NCBI GenBank assembly: GCA_001805965.1
Contig: MHHG01000027.1
Location: 477-64,476, forward strand
Length of the DNA: 64,000 nt
From: Omnitrophica WOR_2 bacterium RIFOXYA2_FULL_38_17
GTDB lineage: Bacteria; Omnitrophota; Gorgyraeia; Zapsychrales; Zapsychraceae
Direction: 5' to 3'
The position numbers were made by a program, and so were the translations under genes. Shown one piece after another: positions 9,700 to 20,007 of the stretch (its first letter is position 1; every line of letters starts with the position of its first letter). The notes beneath the pieces were generated by a model. It made no database searches. It saw only the letters and a program-made list of their open reading frames with translations, and was not told the origin of the DNA.

Positions 9700-10892
9700 G
9701 TAAAATATTTAACTCTCTGTCCTTCGACAATCCTTGCAACATTCTCTTCAACCTCCATAAAACCTTCAGAATCTGACAAAGTTTTTATATCAGCTGACTC
9801 ATAATTTGTTGAAGGACACAAAAGACAATCCGATCCGCTTTTTTCTATTGTTACAAGAACAAAATGCCTTCTTGATGAATCTTGTTGAACAAAAGTTTTT
9901 TGCAGAATTCCTTCTTTAAATGCCGGCAAATAATTTTTTATTCCAGACAATTTAAGCATAGCCGTTCTAACATAGATCATGTATGTTAAGAACACAGAAA
10001 TTGGATTTCCGGGTAACCCAAAGACAAGTGTCTTGTTCTTTTTGCCAAAATACAAAGGCCTGCCGGGCTTAATACTTACCCTATGAAATATTTCCTGTAC
10101 ACCAAGATTTTTTAACACTTCCGGAACCAGGTCAAACTCTCCTCTTGAAACACCCCCTGAGACCAATAGAACATCGCTATTTAGGCCAGAGCCAAAAGAG
10201 CTTTGCATTTCAGCCTCTATGTCTCGAACAACAGAATATGACTCAAGGTCAAAGCCATCCTCTTTAATCATCGCTTTTAACATGGGGCCATTAGTGTTAA
10301 ATATTTCGTTGGCACCTAAAGATCCCCCTATCTCAACGATCTCGCCGCCAGTGTTGACCAACGAGACCTTTGGCTTTTTGCACACAGAAACTCTTGCTTT
10401 TCCAACGGAGGCAATTGCAGCTATATTTGATATTGAGAGAACAGTCCCTTTTTTTACAACTAAATCCCCAGCTTTAATATCATGGGCCTTGTTACAAATA
10501 TTTTCACCTTGCTCTAGCCTTTTGAGCACTTCAACAAGCCCTGTCGCTTCCTCCTCTTTTGTATCCTCTACCATAATTACGCTATTAGCCCCTTTTGCCA
10601 AAGGCGCACCCGTCATAGTTTTAACACACTCTCCCTTTTGTATCGTCCCTAAAAATTCTTCACCGGCGGAAACAAACCCAATGTTCTTGATCTTATTCCC
10701 AATATTCTGAGTATCTTCTGCCAACAAAGCATATCCATCGCGAATAGATTTATCAAAGGGCGGCATATTGAGAAGAGAAACAACATCCTCCTGCAGCAAA
10801 AAACCAACAGCATCCTCAGTCCTTACCGAGCAACTATCTAAATTATTTGTGTTATGTAACAGCAATTCTATTGATTCTTTGAAACTTATCAT
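9690..10892 (-). CDS. moeA: Molybdopterin molybdenumtransferase MoeA
   Basis: MoeA N, MoCF-biosynthesis and C-terminal domains are present, including a GGVSxGxxD-like motif. It overlaps moaA by 10 nt. Confidence 0.85.
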   Translation of the reverse strand: MISFKESIELLLHNTNNLDSCSVRTEDAVGFLLQEDVVSLLNMPPFDKSIRDGYALLAEDTQNIGNKIKNIGFVSAGEEFLGTIQKGECVKTMTGAPLAKGANSVIMVEDTKEEEATGLVEVLKRLEQGENICNKAHDIKAGDLVVKKGTVLSISNIAAIASVGKARVSVCKKPKVSLVNTGGEIVEIGGSLGANEIFNTNGPMLKAMIKEDGFDLESYSVVRDIEAEMQSSFGSGLNSDVLLVSGGVSRGEFDLVPEVLKNLGVQEIFHRVSIKPGRPLYFGKKNKTLVFGLPGNPISVFLTYMIYVRTAMLKLSGIKNYLPAFKEGILQKTFVQQDSSRRHFVLVTIEKSGSDCLLCPSTNYESADIKTLSDSEGFMEVEENVARIVEGQRVKYFTWK

Positions 10893-11010
10893 ATTATATC
10901 TAACCCTACGCCTTTGATTTTATATATTACTTATACTATTCCTCTTTTTCTATTCTGCAATAAGAAATTACGCACATAAAATATCCGGTCAAAACCATAT
11001 AAACAAGCAA

Positions 11011-11032
11011 GGGACACAAATATATGTGTCCC
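11011..11032 (-). terminator. Putative intrinsic terminator downstream of glnS
   Basis: A perfect 7-bp stem (GGGACAC...GTGTCCC) with an 8-nt loop. On the minus strand it is followed by a U-rich tract (TTGCTTGTTTATATGGTTTT). It lies 57 nt after the glnS stop. Confidence 0.5.
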
Positions 11033-11088
11033 TAAAAATAATTCCAACTGATCTTTGCATCAGATAAATTTTTGTCCTTAGCCTTGCT

Positions 11089-12777
11089 CTATTTTTTTGC
11101 AATTTTTGCCCATGAATCCCGCAATGTAACCGTCCTGTTAAAAACAAGCTTCTCTTCATTGGATTTAGGATCAACACAAAAATAACCCAATCTTTCAAAT
11201 TGAAAATTACTGAACACTTTGGCTTCAGCTAAAAATGGTTCAACATAACAGTTATCCAAGACTTCCAATGATCCTGGATTTATGCTATCCAAAAGACTTA
11301 TGGTATCTTTAGCTTCTGCAGGATTCTCGTCAACAAAAAGCCTGTCATAAAGGTTGACCTGGGCCTTCTTTGCGTGTGCAACAGAAACCCAATGAATAGT
11401 TCCTTTGACTTTTCTTCCGTCAGGTGAATTCCCTCCTTTGGTTGCAGGGTCATAAGAACATCTTAATTCAACGATCTCGCCAGTATTCTCATCTTTTATG
11501 ACTTTTTCACACTTGATAAAATAAGCATATCTCAGCCTGACTTCTTTTCCAGGAGCCAGTCGGAAAAATTGTTTGTGTGGTTCTTCCTGAAAATCATCTC
11601 TCTCAATATAAAGTTCCCTTGAAAATACAACCTGCCTTGTCCCTGCCGCCATATCTTCCGGATTGTTTATTGCCTCCAGAGCCTCTGTGGATCCTTCAGG
11701 ATAATTCTCTATGACAACTTTAAGGGGCCTTAATACCCCCATGACTCTCAGCGCCCTCTTGTTTAAATCCTCTCTTAAACAATGCTCCAAAAGAGCAACG
11801 TCAACAGTGCCTTCAACTTTGGCAACACCTATTCGCTCACAAAAATCCCGTATAGATTCAGGAGTATACCCTCTTCTTCTTAGCCCTGTAATTGTCGGCA
11901 TACGAGGATCATCCCAGCCAGAAACTATTTTTTTCTCAACCATTTCAAGCAATTTTCTTTTGCTCATCACTGCGTAGCTCAGGTTCAATCTTGCAAACTC
12001 AATTTGCTGTGGATGGTAAACATTTAGTTGATCCAAAAACCAATCATAGAGCGGTCTGTGATTTTCAAACTCTAATGTACATATTGAATGAGTAATGCCC
12101 TCAATAGAATCCGACAAGCAGTGGGCAAAATCATACATAGGATAAATACACCATTCTGTACCTGTGCGATGATGCGGCTCCCTGAGGATACGATAAATAA
12201 CAGGATCTCTCATATTGATATTAGGCGAAGACATATCTATCTTTGCTCGCAGAACACATGATCCTTCTTCAAATTCTCCATTCTTCATCTTTTCAAAAAG
12301 CTCAAGGTTCTCTTGGGGCATGCGATTTCTGTAAGGGCTGTCTTTGCCTGGCGCCGTCAACGTCCCTCTATATTCTCTAATTTCATCCGCATTTAGGTGA
12401 TCAACATATGCCTTGTTTTTTTTGATTAGCTCAACAGCTGCTTCAAAAAGTTTTTGATAATAATCTGAAGCATAAAAAAGGTTTGCACCCCAATCAAAGC
12501 CCAGCCATCGCACATCTTCCTTGATCGATTCAACATATTCCTCTTCTTCTTTGGTAGGATTTGTGTCATCAAATCGCAAATGACAAACACCTTTAGGATG
12601 TTCAAGCGCAATGCCAAAATTAAGGCATATTGACTTGGCATGCCCAATATGAAGATACCCATTTGGCTCCGGAGGGAACCTCGTCACTATTCCATTTGTT
12701 ATTTTGCCTGCAACAATATCGTTAGATATTTTTTGCCTTATAAAATCAACCGATTGTTTTTTTTCTTGTTCTATCAT
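11089..12777 (-). CDS. glnS: Glutaminyl-tRNA synthetase
   Basis: Class I HIGH motif ([12 protein letters not shown]) and VMSKR (a KMSKS variant). The length and C-terminal beta-barrel region fit GlnRS rather than GluRS. Confidence 0.9.
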   Translation of the reverse strand: MIEQEKKQSVDFIRQKISNDIVAGKITNGIVTRFPPEPNGYLHIGHAKSICLNFGIALEHPKGVCHLRFDDTNPTKEEEEYVESIKEDVRWLGFDWGANLFYASDYYQKLFEAAVELIKKNKAYVDHLNADEIREYRGTLTAPGKDSPYRNRMPQENLELFEKMKNGEFEEGSCVLRAKIDMSSPNINMRDPVIYRILREPHHRTGTEWCIYPMYDFAHCLSDSIEGITHSICTLEFENHRPLYDWFLDQLNVYHPQQIEFARLNLSYAVMSKRKLLEMVEKKIVSGWDDPRMPTITGLRRRGYTPESIRDFCERIGVAKVEGTVDVALLEHCLREDLNKRALRVMGVLRPLKVVIENYPEGSTEALEAINNPEDMAAGTRQVVFSRELYIERDDFQEEPHKQFFRLAPGKEVRLRYAYFIKCEKVIKDENTGEIVELRCSYDPATKGGNSPDGRKVKGTIHWVSVAHAKKAQVNLYDRLFVDENPAEAKDTISLLDSINPGSLEVLDNCYVEPFLAEAKVFSNFQFERLGYFCVDPKSNEEKLVFNRTVTLRDSWAKIAKK

Positions 12778-12800
12778 GCAATATTTTCATAGTTTATGGT

Positions 12801-12827
12801 CAGAAAGCCCTAAAAGGGCTTTCTGAC
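12801..12827. other. Perfect 11-bp hairpin (CAGAAAGCCC-TAAAA-GGGCTTTCTG) between tRNA-Gln and glnS, no U-tract
   Basis: An inverted repeat seen directly in the sequence. It lies immediately 3' of the tRNA-Gln gene on the minus strand. It is a possible processing or termination element. Confidence 0.4.
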
Positions 12828-12832
12828 AAGAT

Positions 12833-12903
12833 CTGCCCCGTCTGGACTCGAACCAGAATACCAAGATCCAGAGACTTGTGTCCTACCATTGGACGACAGG
12901 GCA
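12833..12903 (-). tRNA. tRNA-Gln (anticodon CUG)
   Basis: The reverse complement folds as a cloverleaf: acceptor TGCCCTG/CGGGGCA, D-arm GTCC..GGAC, anticodon loop CTCTGGA (CTG) and T-arm TCTGG-TTCGAGT-CCAGA. CCA is not encoded. Confidence 0.75.
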
Positions 12904-12976
12904 ATTTATAAAATTGCCCACACAAATTTAAGTGCGGGCAATGTGCACGTTCAAATAAGATCCTCAAAATGTATCG

Positions 12977-13147
12977 TTACCACAAATTTTCTTGAAGCCA
13001 TGCATCTGCTTTATAAAGCTCATTATCTTTTGACCTGAAACTTTCAATGTCTTTTTGCAGTCCATCCGTTGCGCCTCTAAAGGTTTCACATCCCTGCAGG
13101 GTTAACGTCATAATAAAAACAGAAAATATAATTAGTGGATATCTCAT
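12977..13147 (-). CDS. Small lipoprotein (56 aa), unknown function
   Basis: It starts MRYPLIIFSVFIMTLTLQGC, with a lipobox Cys, then a hydrophilic 35-aa tail. It was not in the supplied ORF track because it is under 60 aa. Confidence 0.4.
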   Translation of the reverse strand: MRYPLIIFSVFIMTLTLQGCETFRGATDGLQKDIESFRSKDNELYKADAWLQENLW

Positions 13148-13164
13148 AAACCCTCCTTGAATAT

Positions 13165-14496
13165 CTATTTAAAAGCCTCTTTTAGCCTTTTTACAGTCTT
13201 TGCTTTTCCTAAGACCACCATAGTTTCAAACAACCCCGGCCCAATATCGCTTCCTGTTAAGGCAACCCTAATTGGATGAACCAGATCGGCTGTATTTATT
13301 CCAAGATCCTCTGTAACAGCTCTAAAAACCTGTTCCGCATTATTAAGGTCAAAGACCTCGACAACACTAAGCCTTTCTGCCAGAAAACAAAACTCTTTTT
13401 TCCTGTCATCTGAAAAATACTTTTTATAAAGGCTTTCTTCTATCGTAATATCATCAACAAAAACAAAGCCTGCCCTATCAATAAAGTCCAGCAATGTGGG
13501 CAACCTTGCTTTGTATAATCTTACAACACTTTTTAGATTTTGACTATTGAAATCCCTATTAATAAAGTTCTTTTCTATCAAAAAAGGGACAAGCAGCTCA
13601 ACCAATTTTTCATCTTCCATCTGCTTAATATATTGTCCATTCAACCACCGAAGCTTATCCATTGAAAAAACAGCTGCAGCTTTATTGACTTTTTTTATAG
13701 AGAACGTCTTGATCGCATTTGAGATACTTATCTTTTCCTGATTATTGCCAGGAGACCATCCCAGCAGCAAAAGATAATTGACTAAGGCCTCTGCAATAAA
13801 TCCGTTTGCCTTATAGTCGCTAACCGCAACTGCCCCCGTTCTTTTCGAAAGCCGGCCCCCATCTTCGCCCATAATAAGCGGTAAATGCGCGAACTTAGGA
13901 GGAGTAAATCCCAAAGCCTCATACATAACTATCTGCTTTGGCGTATTCGAAATATGATCCTCCCCTCTGATCACATGTGATATTTCCATTAAAGCATCGT
14001 CAACAACACAACAAAAACTATATGAAGGTGACCCGTCTGCCTTTATCAACACTTCATCTTTTAAAACCGGATTTCCTTCTTCATCAAGTACTGTTAAGCC
14101 ATCCTCGCAGCGTACCATAAAATTCGCCGTATCAAAATTTATTTCTCCTCTGATCAAGTCATATATCTTGACCTCTTGCTTTGGCATTTTTAGGATTATG
14201 GCCCCTGAGCTATCATATGCCTTGCCTTCTTTCACTAGCTTTTGTGCGTATTCTTTATAAATTTCAAATCTTTCGCTTTGAAAGTAAAGCTCATCCCATT
14301 CTAAGCCAAGCCATTTCATGCTAGCTAGAATCTCGTCAACAAACTCCTTGGAAGACCTCTGGATATCTGTGTCCTCTATTCGTAAAACAAATTTGCCTTT
14401 TTGCGATTTAGCATACATCCAATTAAACAGTGCAGTGCGAGCACCGCCAATATGTAAATACCCTGTTGGGCTCGGGGCAAACCTCACTTTTATCAT
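13165..14496 (-). CDS. gltX: Glutamyl-tRNA synthetase
   Basis: HIGH motif (PSPTGYLHIGGARTA) and KLSKR. The size (443 aa) is compact for GluRS. Confidence 0.9.
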   Translation of the reverse strand: MIKVRFAPSPTGYLHIGGARTALFNWMYAKSQKGKFVLRIEDTDIQRSSKEFVDEILASMKWLGLEWDELYFQSERFEIYKEYAQKLVKEGKAYDSSGAIILKMPKQEVKIYDLIRGEINFDTANFMVRCEDGLTVLDEEGNPVLKDEVLIKADGSPSYSFCCVVDDALMEISHVIRGEDHISNTPKQIVMYEALGFTPPKFAHLPLIMGEDGGRLSKRTGAVAVSDYKANGFIAEALVNYLLLLGWSPGNNQEKISISNAIKTFSIKKVNKAAAVFSMDKLRWLNGQYIKQMEDEKLVELLVPFLIEKNFINRDFNSQNLKSVVRLYKARLPTLLDFIDRAGFVFVDDITIEESLYKKYFSDDRKKEFCFLAERLSVVEVFDLNNAEQVFRAVTEDLGINTADLVHPIRVALTGSDIGPGLFETMVVLGKAKTVKRLKEAFK

Positions 14497-14616
14497 TTTA
14501 CTTACCTTACACTTTTTATTGTATAAAAAAACACTACTGATAATTTAATCGACAAAACCTGACGACACTTTATATTTTTTTGATTAAATACGCAGACATT
14601 CTTTGGAAGAACTTAG

Positions 14617-15012
14617 TTAAAGAGGTGAGTTTTTCTCTTGATTTATTCTGACCAAACGCTCAACGATTTCTTCTAATCGCTTTTTTTCATCCTTATCAAT
14701 ATCTTCAAACTCTACTCCAATATCATAGAACAGAGGCTTTTTCTCTTCATCGCTTTTACGCTGCACATTCCAAACAATCTTACCTTTACACTTTATATGG
14801 TCTCCCAAATCCAACAAATCTAATTCAAGCTCTATTTCCGAAAACATCTTTATATCTTTTTTTAATATAAGACAAACACCGCCAACTCCCATGTTCTCAG
14901 TATGCGTCAAAAGAACATCTTCTGACTCTTCTGATCCCCTTATTACAACCAAACAAGGATAGTTAACACGAGGAAATTTACGCCTATTTAATCCATCCCA
15001 TCTTCCCATCAA
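14617..15012 (-). CDS. PilZ domain protein
   Basis: An RRKFPR motif is followed by a (D/N)xSxxG-like motif (TENMGVGGV) at PilZ spacing. The size is 131 aa. Confidence 0.55.
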   Translation of the reverse strand: MMGRWDGLNRRKFPRVNYPCLVVIRGSEESEDVLLTHTENMGVGGVCLILKKDIKMFSEIELELDLLDLGDHIKCKGKIVWNVQRKSDEEKKPLFYDIGVEFEDIDKDEKKRLEEIVERLVRINQEKNSPL

Positions 15013-15140
15013 ACAACTCCTTTAGTTATTAGCGCTGCTTTTTTAATTATTTTTACTATACCATAAAAAGCTTTTTAACATACAGGAAAATTTATAATTT
15101 AACAAGCATTGGCCTTTAACAAAAGATGTTCTCCTTTAAA

Positions 15141-15929
15141 CTACCCTACCAGCCTTCTTTGAATCCTAACAATATTCTTAGCTAAACCTGTTACCTCGTC
15201 AACTTCAATAACAACGCCACATAGCTTTACATCATTTTCTGCTACCTGAAACTTTATTGGCATGCATTTTATAAAGCGCTCAATAATTTTTTCTTTATCC
15301 TGTCCAATAACAGAATCATAAGGGCCAACCATGCCTAAATCTGTAATATATGCCGTCCCTTTTGAAAGAATTGTTTCGTCCGCTGTTTGTATATGCGTAT
15401 GTGTTCCTACAACAGCTGAAACATTACCGTTAACAAAATGACCCATAGCAACTTTTTCACTTGTTGCTTCTGCATGAAAATCCACAACAATAATATTTGT
15501 TTCTTTCTTTATCTCAGATAACAATGCTTCTACTGTACGAAAAGGACAATTCAAGCTGTATCTCATAAAAACCCTGCCAAGAACATTGACAATTCCAACC
15601 TTCTGGCCTGCAGCCGTCTTGACTATACACCACCCTTTACCCGGAACATCCTCGGGAAAATTAGCAGGACGGACAATATTATCAGAATCTTTTAAATATT
15701 CTTCTAATTCTTTTTGATCCCAAACATGATCGCCCAAAGATATAACATCACATCCCATCTTAAATAGCTGATTAGCTATCCTTGAAGTTAACCCTGATCC
15801 GCCTGCTGCATTTTCAGCATTAGCTATTACAAGATCTATGGAATATTCCTCTTTTAGAGAAGGCAATAATTCCTCAACTGCTTGCCTTCCTGGCTTACCA
15901 ACAATATCTCCAAGACATAATATCTTCAT
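15141..15929 (-). CDS. ymdB: YmdB-family metallophosphoesterase (2',3'-cNMP phosphodiesterase)
   Basis: It starts MKILCLGDIVGKPGR, which is the TIGR00282 signature. Metallophosphatase His/Asp motifs are present. It lies immediately downstream of rny, as in Firmicutes. Confidence 0.85.
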   Translation of the reverse strand: MKILCLGDIVGKPGRQAVEELLPSLKEEYSIDLVIANAENAAGGSGLTSRIANQLFKMGCDVISLGDHVWDQKELEEYLKDSDNIVRPANFPEDVPGKGWCIVKTAAGQKVGIVNVLGRVFMRYSLNCPFRTVEALLSEIKKETNIIVVDFHAEATSEKVAMGHFVNGNVSAVVGTHTHIQTADETILSKGTAYITDLGMVGPYDSVIGQDKEKIIERFIKCMPIKFQVAENDVKLCGVVIEVDEVTGLAKNIVRIQRRLVG

Positions 15930-15968
15930 AATATATTTTAATATTCTCTATAATATGACATTCACATA

Positions 15969-17546
15969 CTATTTAGCGTATTCTACGGCTCTTTTCTCCC
16001 GCAAAACAATAACTTTTATCTGTCCAGGATATTCCATTTCTTCTTCTATTTTTTTGCGTATGTCTCTGGCAAGAACCAAAGATTCATCATCATTGATCTT
16101 GTCCGGATCAACCATGATGCGAATCTCCCTTCCTGCCTGCAAAGCAAATGTTTTGCTGACTCCTTTAAAAGAGTTCGCAATCTTTTCCAGGTTCTCCAGC
16201 CTTTTAACGTATGTCTCAAGAGTCTCTGCTCTTGCTCCCGGGCGCGCAGCGCTGATAGCATCTGCAGCACAAACCAAAATTCCATAAACATTTTTAGTCT
16301 CAACTTCTTCGTGATGGGATTCAATTGCACTAGCCACATCTTCTTGCTCGCCAAACTTACGGGCTAAAGTTCCGCCAACTATAGCATGAGTTCCTTCCAT
16401 AACCTCTTGGTTTACAACTTTACCAATATCATGAAGCAAGCCGGCTCTTATTGCTATTTTTGTGTCTAACCCCATCTGAGACGCCATCGCTCCCATTAAG
16501 ATCGCGACTTCTCTTGTATGTTGCAATCCATTTTGTCCATAACTAGTTCTATATTTCAGCTTACCAACTAATTTTAACAATTCCGGGTGCATTCCATGTA
16601 CAGACAAATCGAAGGCTATCTTTTCACCCTCTTCCTTTACCGTACTATCCATTTCCTTTTTTGCCTTTTCTACAACTTCTTCAATTCTTCCCGGATGAAT
16701 CCTTCCATCTGTAATTAAACTTTCCAAAGCAATCCTGGCTATCTCTCTTCTATACATATCAAACCCTGAGATCGTTACAGCTTCAGGCGTATCATCAATA
16801 ATAACATCCACTCCAGCAGCTGCCTCTAAAGCCCTAATATTCCTTCCTTCGCGACCAATGATCCTGCCTTTCATTTCGTCGCTTGGCAACATAACAACTG
16901 TTACCGTAGATGCAGAAGTATGGTCTGAGGCGCATCTTTGTATCGCTGTTGAGACTATCTGTCTGGCTTTTTTATCACATGTCTCTTTTATCTCTTCCTC
17001 TGCTTTTCGTATCCTAGTTGCTTTTTCATGTACGATTTCTTCATCCAATCGCGATAAAAGTAACTTTTTAGCCTCTTCTTCAGACATTGAAGAAATTTTC
17101 TGCAATCTCTGTTTTTCTTCCTCTATCATCTTGCTAAGCTCTGTGTTCTTAGCCTGAACCTCTTTTTCATTCTTATGTAACTCTTCTACCCTCGCGGTAA
17201 TATCTTTTTCCTTCTTTTCAAGAAGATCCACCCTTTTGTCTAAATTTTCCTCTTTCTGAATAAGCCTTTTTTCTACAATTGCAATTTCTTCTCTTCTATC
17301 CTTTGTTTCCTTATCAAAATCTTGCCTTAGCTTGATAACCAAATCTTTGCTGTGCAGTTCAATTTCTTTTTTTTGGTTCTCAACTTCATTTTTTGCTGAT
17401 TCCAGCAATCTTCTTGCTTTTTCCTCAGTTTTTCTTTGCTTTTTACCTGCAAAGAACCATCTTAAGAAATATCCTGCCAAAAATAGGCCAACAGCAAAGA
17501 CAGAAAGAATTACTCCTTGCGGATATATATTTGTATCTCCTAACAT
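15969..17546 (-). CDS. rny: Ribonuclease Y
   Basis: It has an N-terminal TM helix, a long coiled-coil, a KH domain ([13 protein letters not shown]) and an HD domain (LLHDIGK). Confidence 0.9.
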   Translation of the reverse strand: MLGDTNIYPQGVILSVFAVGLFLAGYFLRWFFAGKKQRKTEEKARRLLESAKNEVENQKKEIELHSKDLVIKLRQDFDKETKDRREEIAIVEKRLIQKEENLDKRVDLLEKKEKDITARVEELHKNEKEVQAKNTELSKMIEEEKQRLQKISSMSEEEAKKLLLSRLDEEIVHEKATRIRKAEEEIKETCDKKARQIVSTAIQRCASDHTSASTVTVVMLPSDEMKGRIIGREGRNIRALEAAAGVDVIIDDTPEAVTISGFDMYRREIARIALESLITDGRIHPGRIEEVVEKAKKEMDSTVKEEGEKIAFDLSVHGMHPELLKLVGKLKYRTSYGQNGLQHTREVAILMGAMASQMGLDTKIAIRAGLLHDIGKVVNQEVMEGTHAIVGGTLARKFGEQEDVASAIESHHEEVETKNVYGILVCAADAISAARPGARAETLETYVKRLENLEKIANSFKGVSKTFALQAGREIRIMVDPDKINDDESLVLARDIRKKIEEEMEYPGQIKVIVLREKRAVEYAK

Positions 17547-17684
17547 TCTCTTTTCTCCTCTCTAAGAACTAAAACAATCATTGTTAATGATGTCTATGAC
17601 TCCATTACTGAACGCAACAGTGCGCATGGTTCTTTTGTTTTTAAATTTTAATAGAAGGATCGCTGCTAAAAAACGGTCTAGCTG

Positions 17685-18272
17685 TTAATTGGTTAGAACA
17701 TGACGAACCGGCACATCATGTTTATCTGTGGGTAAGTTATCAACTATTTGAAAATCAAAAGCAAGGCCAACCGTAGGAATGTTTGCAGGTATATCTTTCA
17801 AAAAACGGTCATAGTATCCCCCCCCTCTGCCCAGACGATTATTGTTTTTGTCAAAGGCAATCCCGGGAACTATGATCATATCTATATCCTTGAAAGATAG
17901 AACTTTAGATTCTTTTGTTTGTTTAATACCATAAGGACCATCTTCTAAATCTGCGTTTAAATCCTCTGCCAAAGTAGAATACATTATATTCTTTTCTTTG
18001 ATAATTTTTGGCAGACCAATTCTTTTTCCTAATTGTTGTGCTCTTTTAATCATTTCAATTGTTTCTACTTCCCCTAAAAATGCATAATAAAACAAAACCG
18101 TTACTGCATTTTGAAACTCTTGCATTTTTAAAAGCCTGTTAAGAATTACCAAGCTTTTAGCTGACCGCTTTTCCTCCTCCTGATTTCTTAAAAGCGTTAT
18201 TATCCTTTCCCTAATAATCTGTTTTTGTCTAAACACTGAACTTCTTTCAACCTCTAAAAACAACTTTAACAC
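17685..18272 (-). CDS. 5-formyltetrahydrofolate cyclo-ligase
   Basis: C-terminal motif NRLGRGGGYYDRFL and the length fit MTHFS. Confidence 0.8.
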   Translation of the reverse strand: MLKLFLEVERSSVFRQKQIIRERIITLLRNQEEEKRSAKSLVILNRLLKMQEFQNAVTVLFYYAFLGEVETIEMIKRAQQLGKRIGLPKIIKEKNIMYSTLAEDLNADLEDGPYGIKQTKESKVLSFKDIDMIIVPGIAFDKNNNRLGRGGGYYDRFLKDIPANIPTVGLAFDFQIVDNLPTDKHDVPVRHVLTN

Positions 18273-18440
18273 TATGAAATATTATATTTTACTTAAATTG
18301 TACTAATGTCCTCAAATACGACAAACCTTTACATTGTTTATTTGAGTTTTTATATTATCATCTTTTCATCAAAGATACAACCGCAATTTTAAAAGCTACT
18401 ACTACCTTATAAATCATTTATTTTCACTATCTTACGTTCC

Positions 18441-19823
18441 TTAAGAGTCTTTCAGCTTTTCCATTCTTTCTTTAATTTTTCTCTCATAACCAAGCTCTCC
18501 AGGATTATAATATTTTGCATTTAAAGGCATGTATTCTTGCTTAATATAATGATCTTTATAATCATGTGCATATTTATAATCTTTTTGACGCCCAAGACTT
18601 TTAGCTCCTGCATACGAGGCATCTTTCAAGTGAACGGGAACTTCCTGGATTTTTTTATTCTTTACATCCTCCAAAGCATTATTAATAGCCATATATGCGG
18701 CATTTGATTTTGGTGAACAAGCCACATAAATAGCCGCCTGAGCCAGAGGGATCCTAGCCTCCGGCATGCCAATGAATTCTGATACCTGCAATGCGGCATT
18801 GGCCAAAACCAATGCCTGCGGGTCCGCATTTCCAACATCCTCAGCCGCGCAAATACATATCCTTCTGGCAATAAATCTTGGATCTTCACCGGCATATATC
18901 ATTTTTGCCATCCAATAAATTGCGGCATCAGGATCAGACCCTCTCATTGATTTAATAAACGCAGATGCTGTGTCATAATGGGAATCTCCATCTTTATCAT
19001 AAACGACTTGCTTCCTTTGAATTGATTCTTGTGCAATATTTAAGTCAAAATGTATCTTGCCATCTTTAGATTTTGGTGTAGTTGAGCACCCTATCTCCAA
19101 AGCATTGAGGGCTCTTCTCGCATCTCCATCACAAACCTCCGCAAGAAAATCAAGCGCTGCCGGCTTTACTTTTATGGGCAGCTTTCCAAGCCCTCTTTCT
19201 TTATCCTTTAAGGCCCTTTTTAAAATTTGCAGAAGCTCTTCTTTTGACAAAGAATTAAGCTCAAAAACCATAGATCTTGATAACAGTGGACTTGTTAACG
19301 AAAAGAAGGGATTTAAAACTGTTGCTCCGATTAAGATTAAACAGCCGGTTTCAACATCCGGCATTAAAACATCTTGCTGGGCTTTATTAAATCTATGGAT
19401 CTCATCAATAAAAAGAATTGTTTTTTGCCCCGATGTATTTATCCTGTTCAGGCTTCCTTTGATTATTTTCCTAAGGTCTTCAACGTTGGAAGAAACAGCA
19501 TTGATCCTTTCAAAACATGCTTTTGTCTTATTGCTGATACACTGGGCTAATGTTGTTTTACCTGTTCCGGGAGGCCCGTATAATATAAGAGAATTTATTT
19601 TATCTGCTTCAATCGCTCGCAACAGCAGCTTACCTTCTCCAAGGATATGCTTTTGTCCGACATATTCATCCAAGGAACGCGGGCGCATTCGCACACTCAA
19701 AGGCGAATTCGCAAATACCCTTTCTATTGTTGGCCCATCAAAAAGCCCTATTGAATTATTATCTTCACTGTTCATTGGAAAAATACATTCGCATAAAAAA
19801 ATCCCCACCATGCCGTCGGACAA
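18441..19823 (-). CDS. rarA: Replication-associated recombination protein A (AAA+ ATPase RarA/MgsA)
   Basis: Walker A GPPGTGKTT, a Walker B / sensor region and the MgsA C-terminal domain are present. The true start is possibly the internal MNSED Met. Confidence 0.85.
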   Translation of the reverse strand: MSDGMVGIFLCECIFPMNSEDNNSIGLFDGPTIERVFANSPLSVRMRPRSLDEYVGQKHILGEGKLLLRAIEADKINSLILYGPPGTGKTTLAQCISNKTKACFERINAVSSNVEDLRKIIKGSLNRINTSGQKTILFIDEIHRFNKAQQDVLMPDVETGCLILIGATVLNPFFSLTSPLLSRSMVFELNSLSKEELLQILKRALKDKERGLGKLPIKVKPAALDFLAEVCDGDARRALNALEIGCSTTPKSKDGKIHFDLNIAQESIQRKQVVYDKDGDSHYDTASAFIKSMRGSDPDAAIYWMAKMIYAGEDPRFIARRICICAAEDVGNADPQALVLANAALQVSEFIGMPEARIPLAQAAIYVACSPKSNAAYMAINNALEDVKNKKIQEVPVHLKDASYAGAKSLGRQKDYKYAHDYKDHYIKQEYMPLNAKYYNPGELGYERKIKERMEKLKDS

Positions 19824-20007
19824 GAGAATAGGTGAACCTTTTCACCAAGTGGGAACCTCTCCGAAATGTCCTCAAACATACCGGAAGTTTAGCGTCCCTT
19901 TATAGAGTGTTGGTTCTCTATAAACGTCCTAACGTACACAGCAGGGATTTATGATTTATGATAACACCGTATCAAGAAACATTCTATCTTTAAAATGTTA
20001 CTGGCTT

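Noticed and set aside
10989-11198. 69-aa minus-strand ORF overlapping the glnS 3' end and terminator
   Set aside because: It overlaps the glnS coding end in another frame and includes the terminator hairpin. It has no SD or motif.
19057-19905. 282-aa plus-strand ORF
   Set aside because: It lies entirely antisense to the well-supported rarA gene. It is Ser/Leu/Pro-rich, as expected when a low-GC coding strand is read backwards. It has no motifs.
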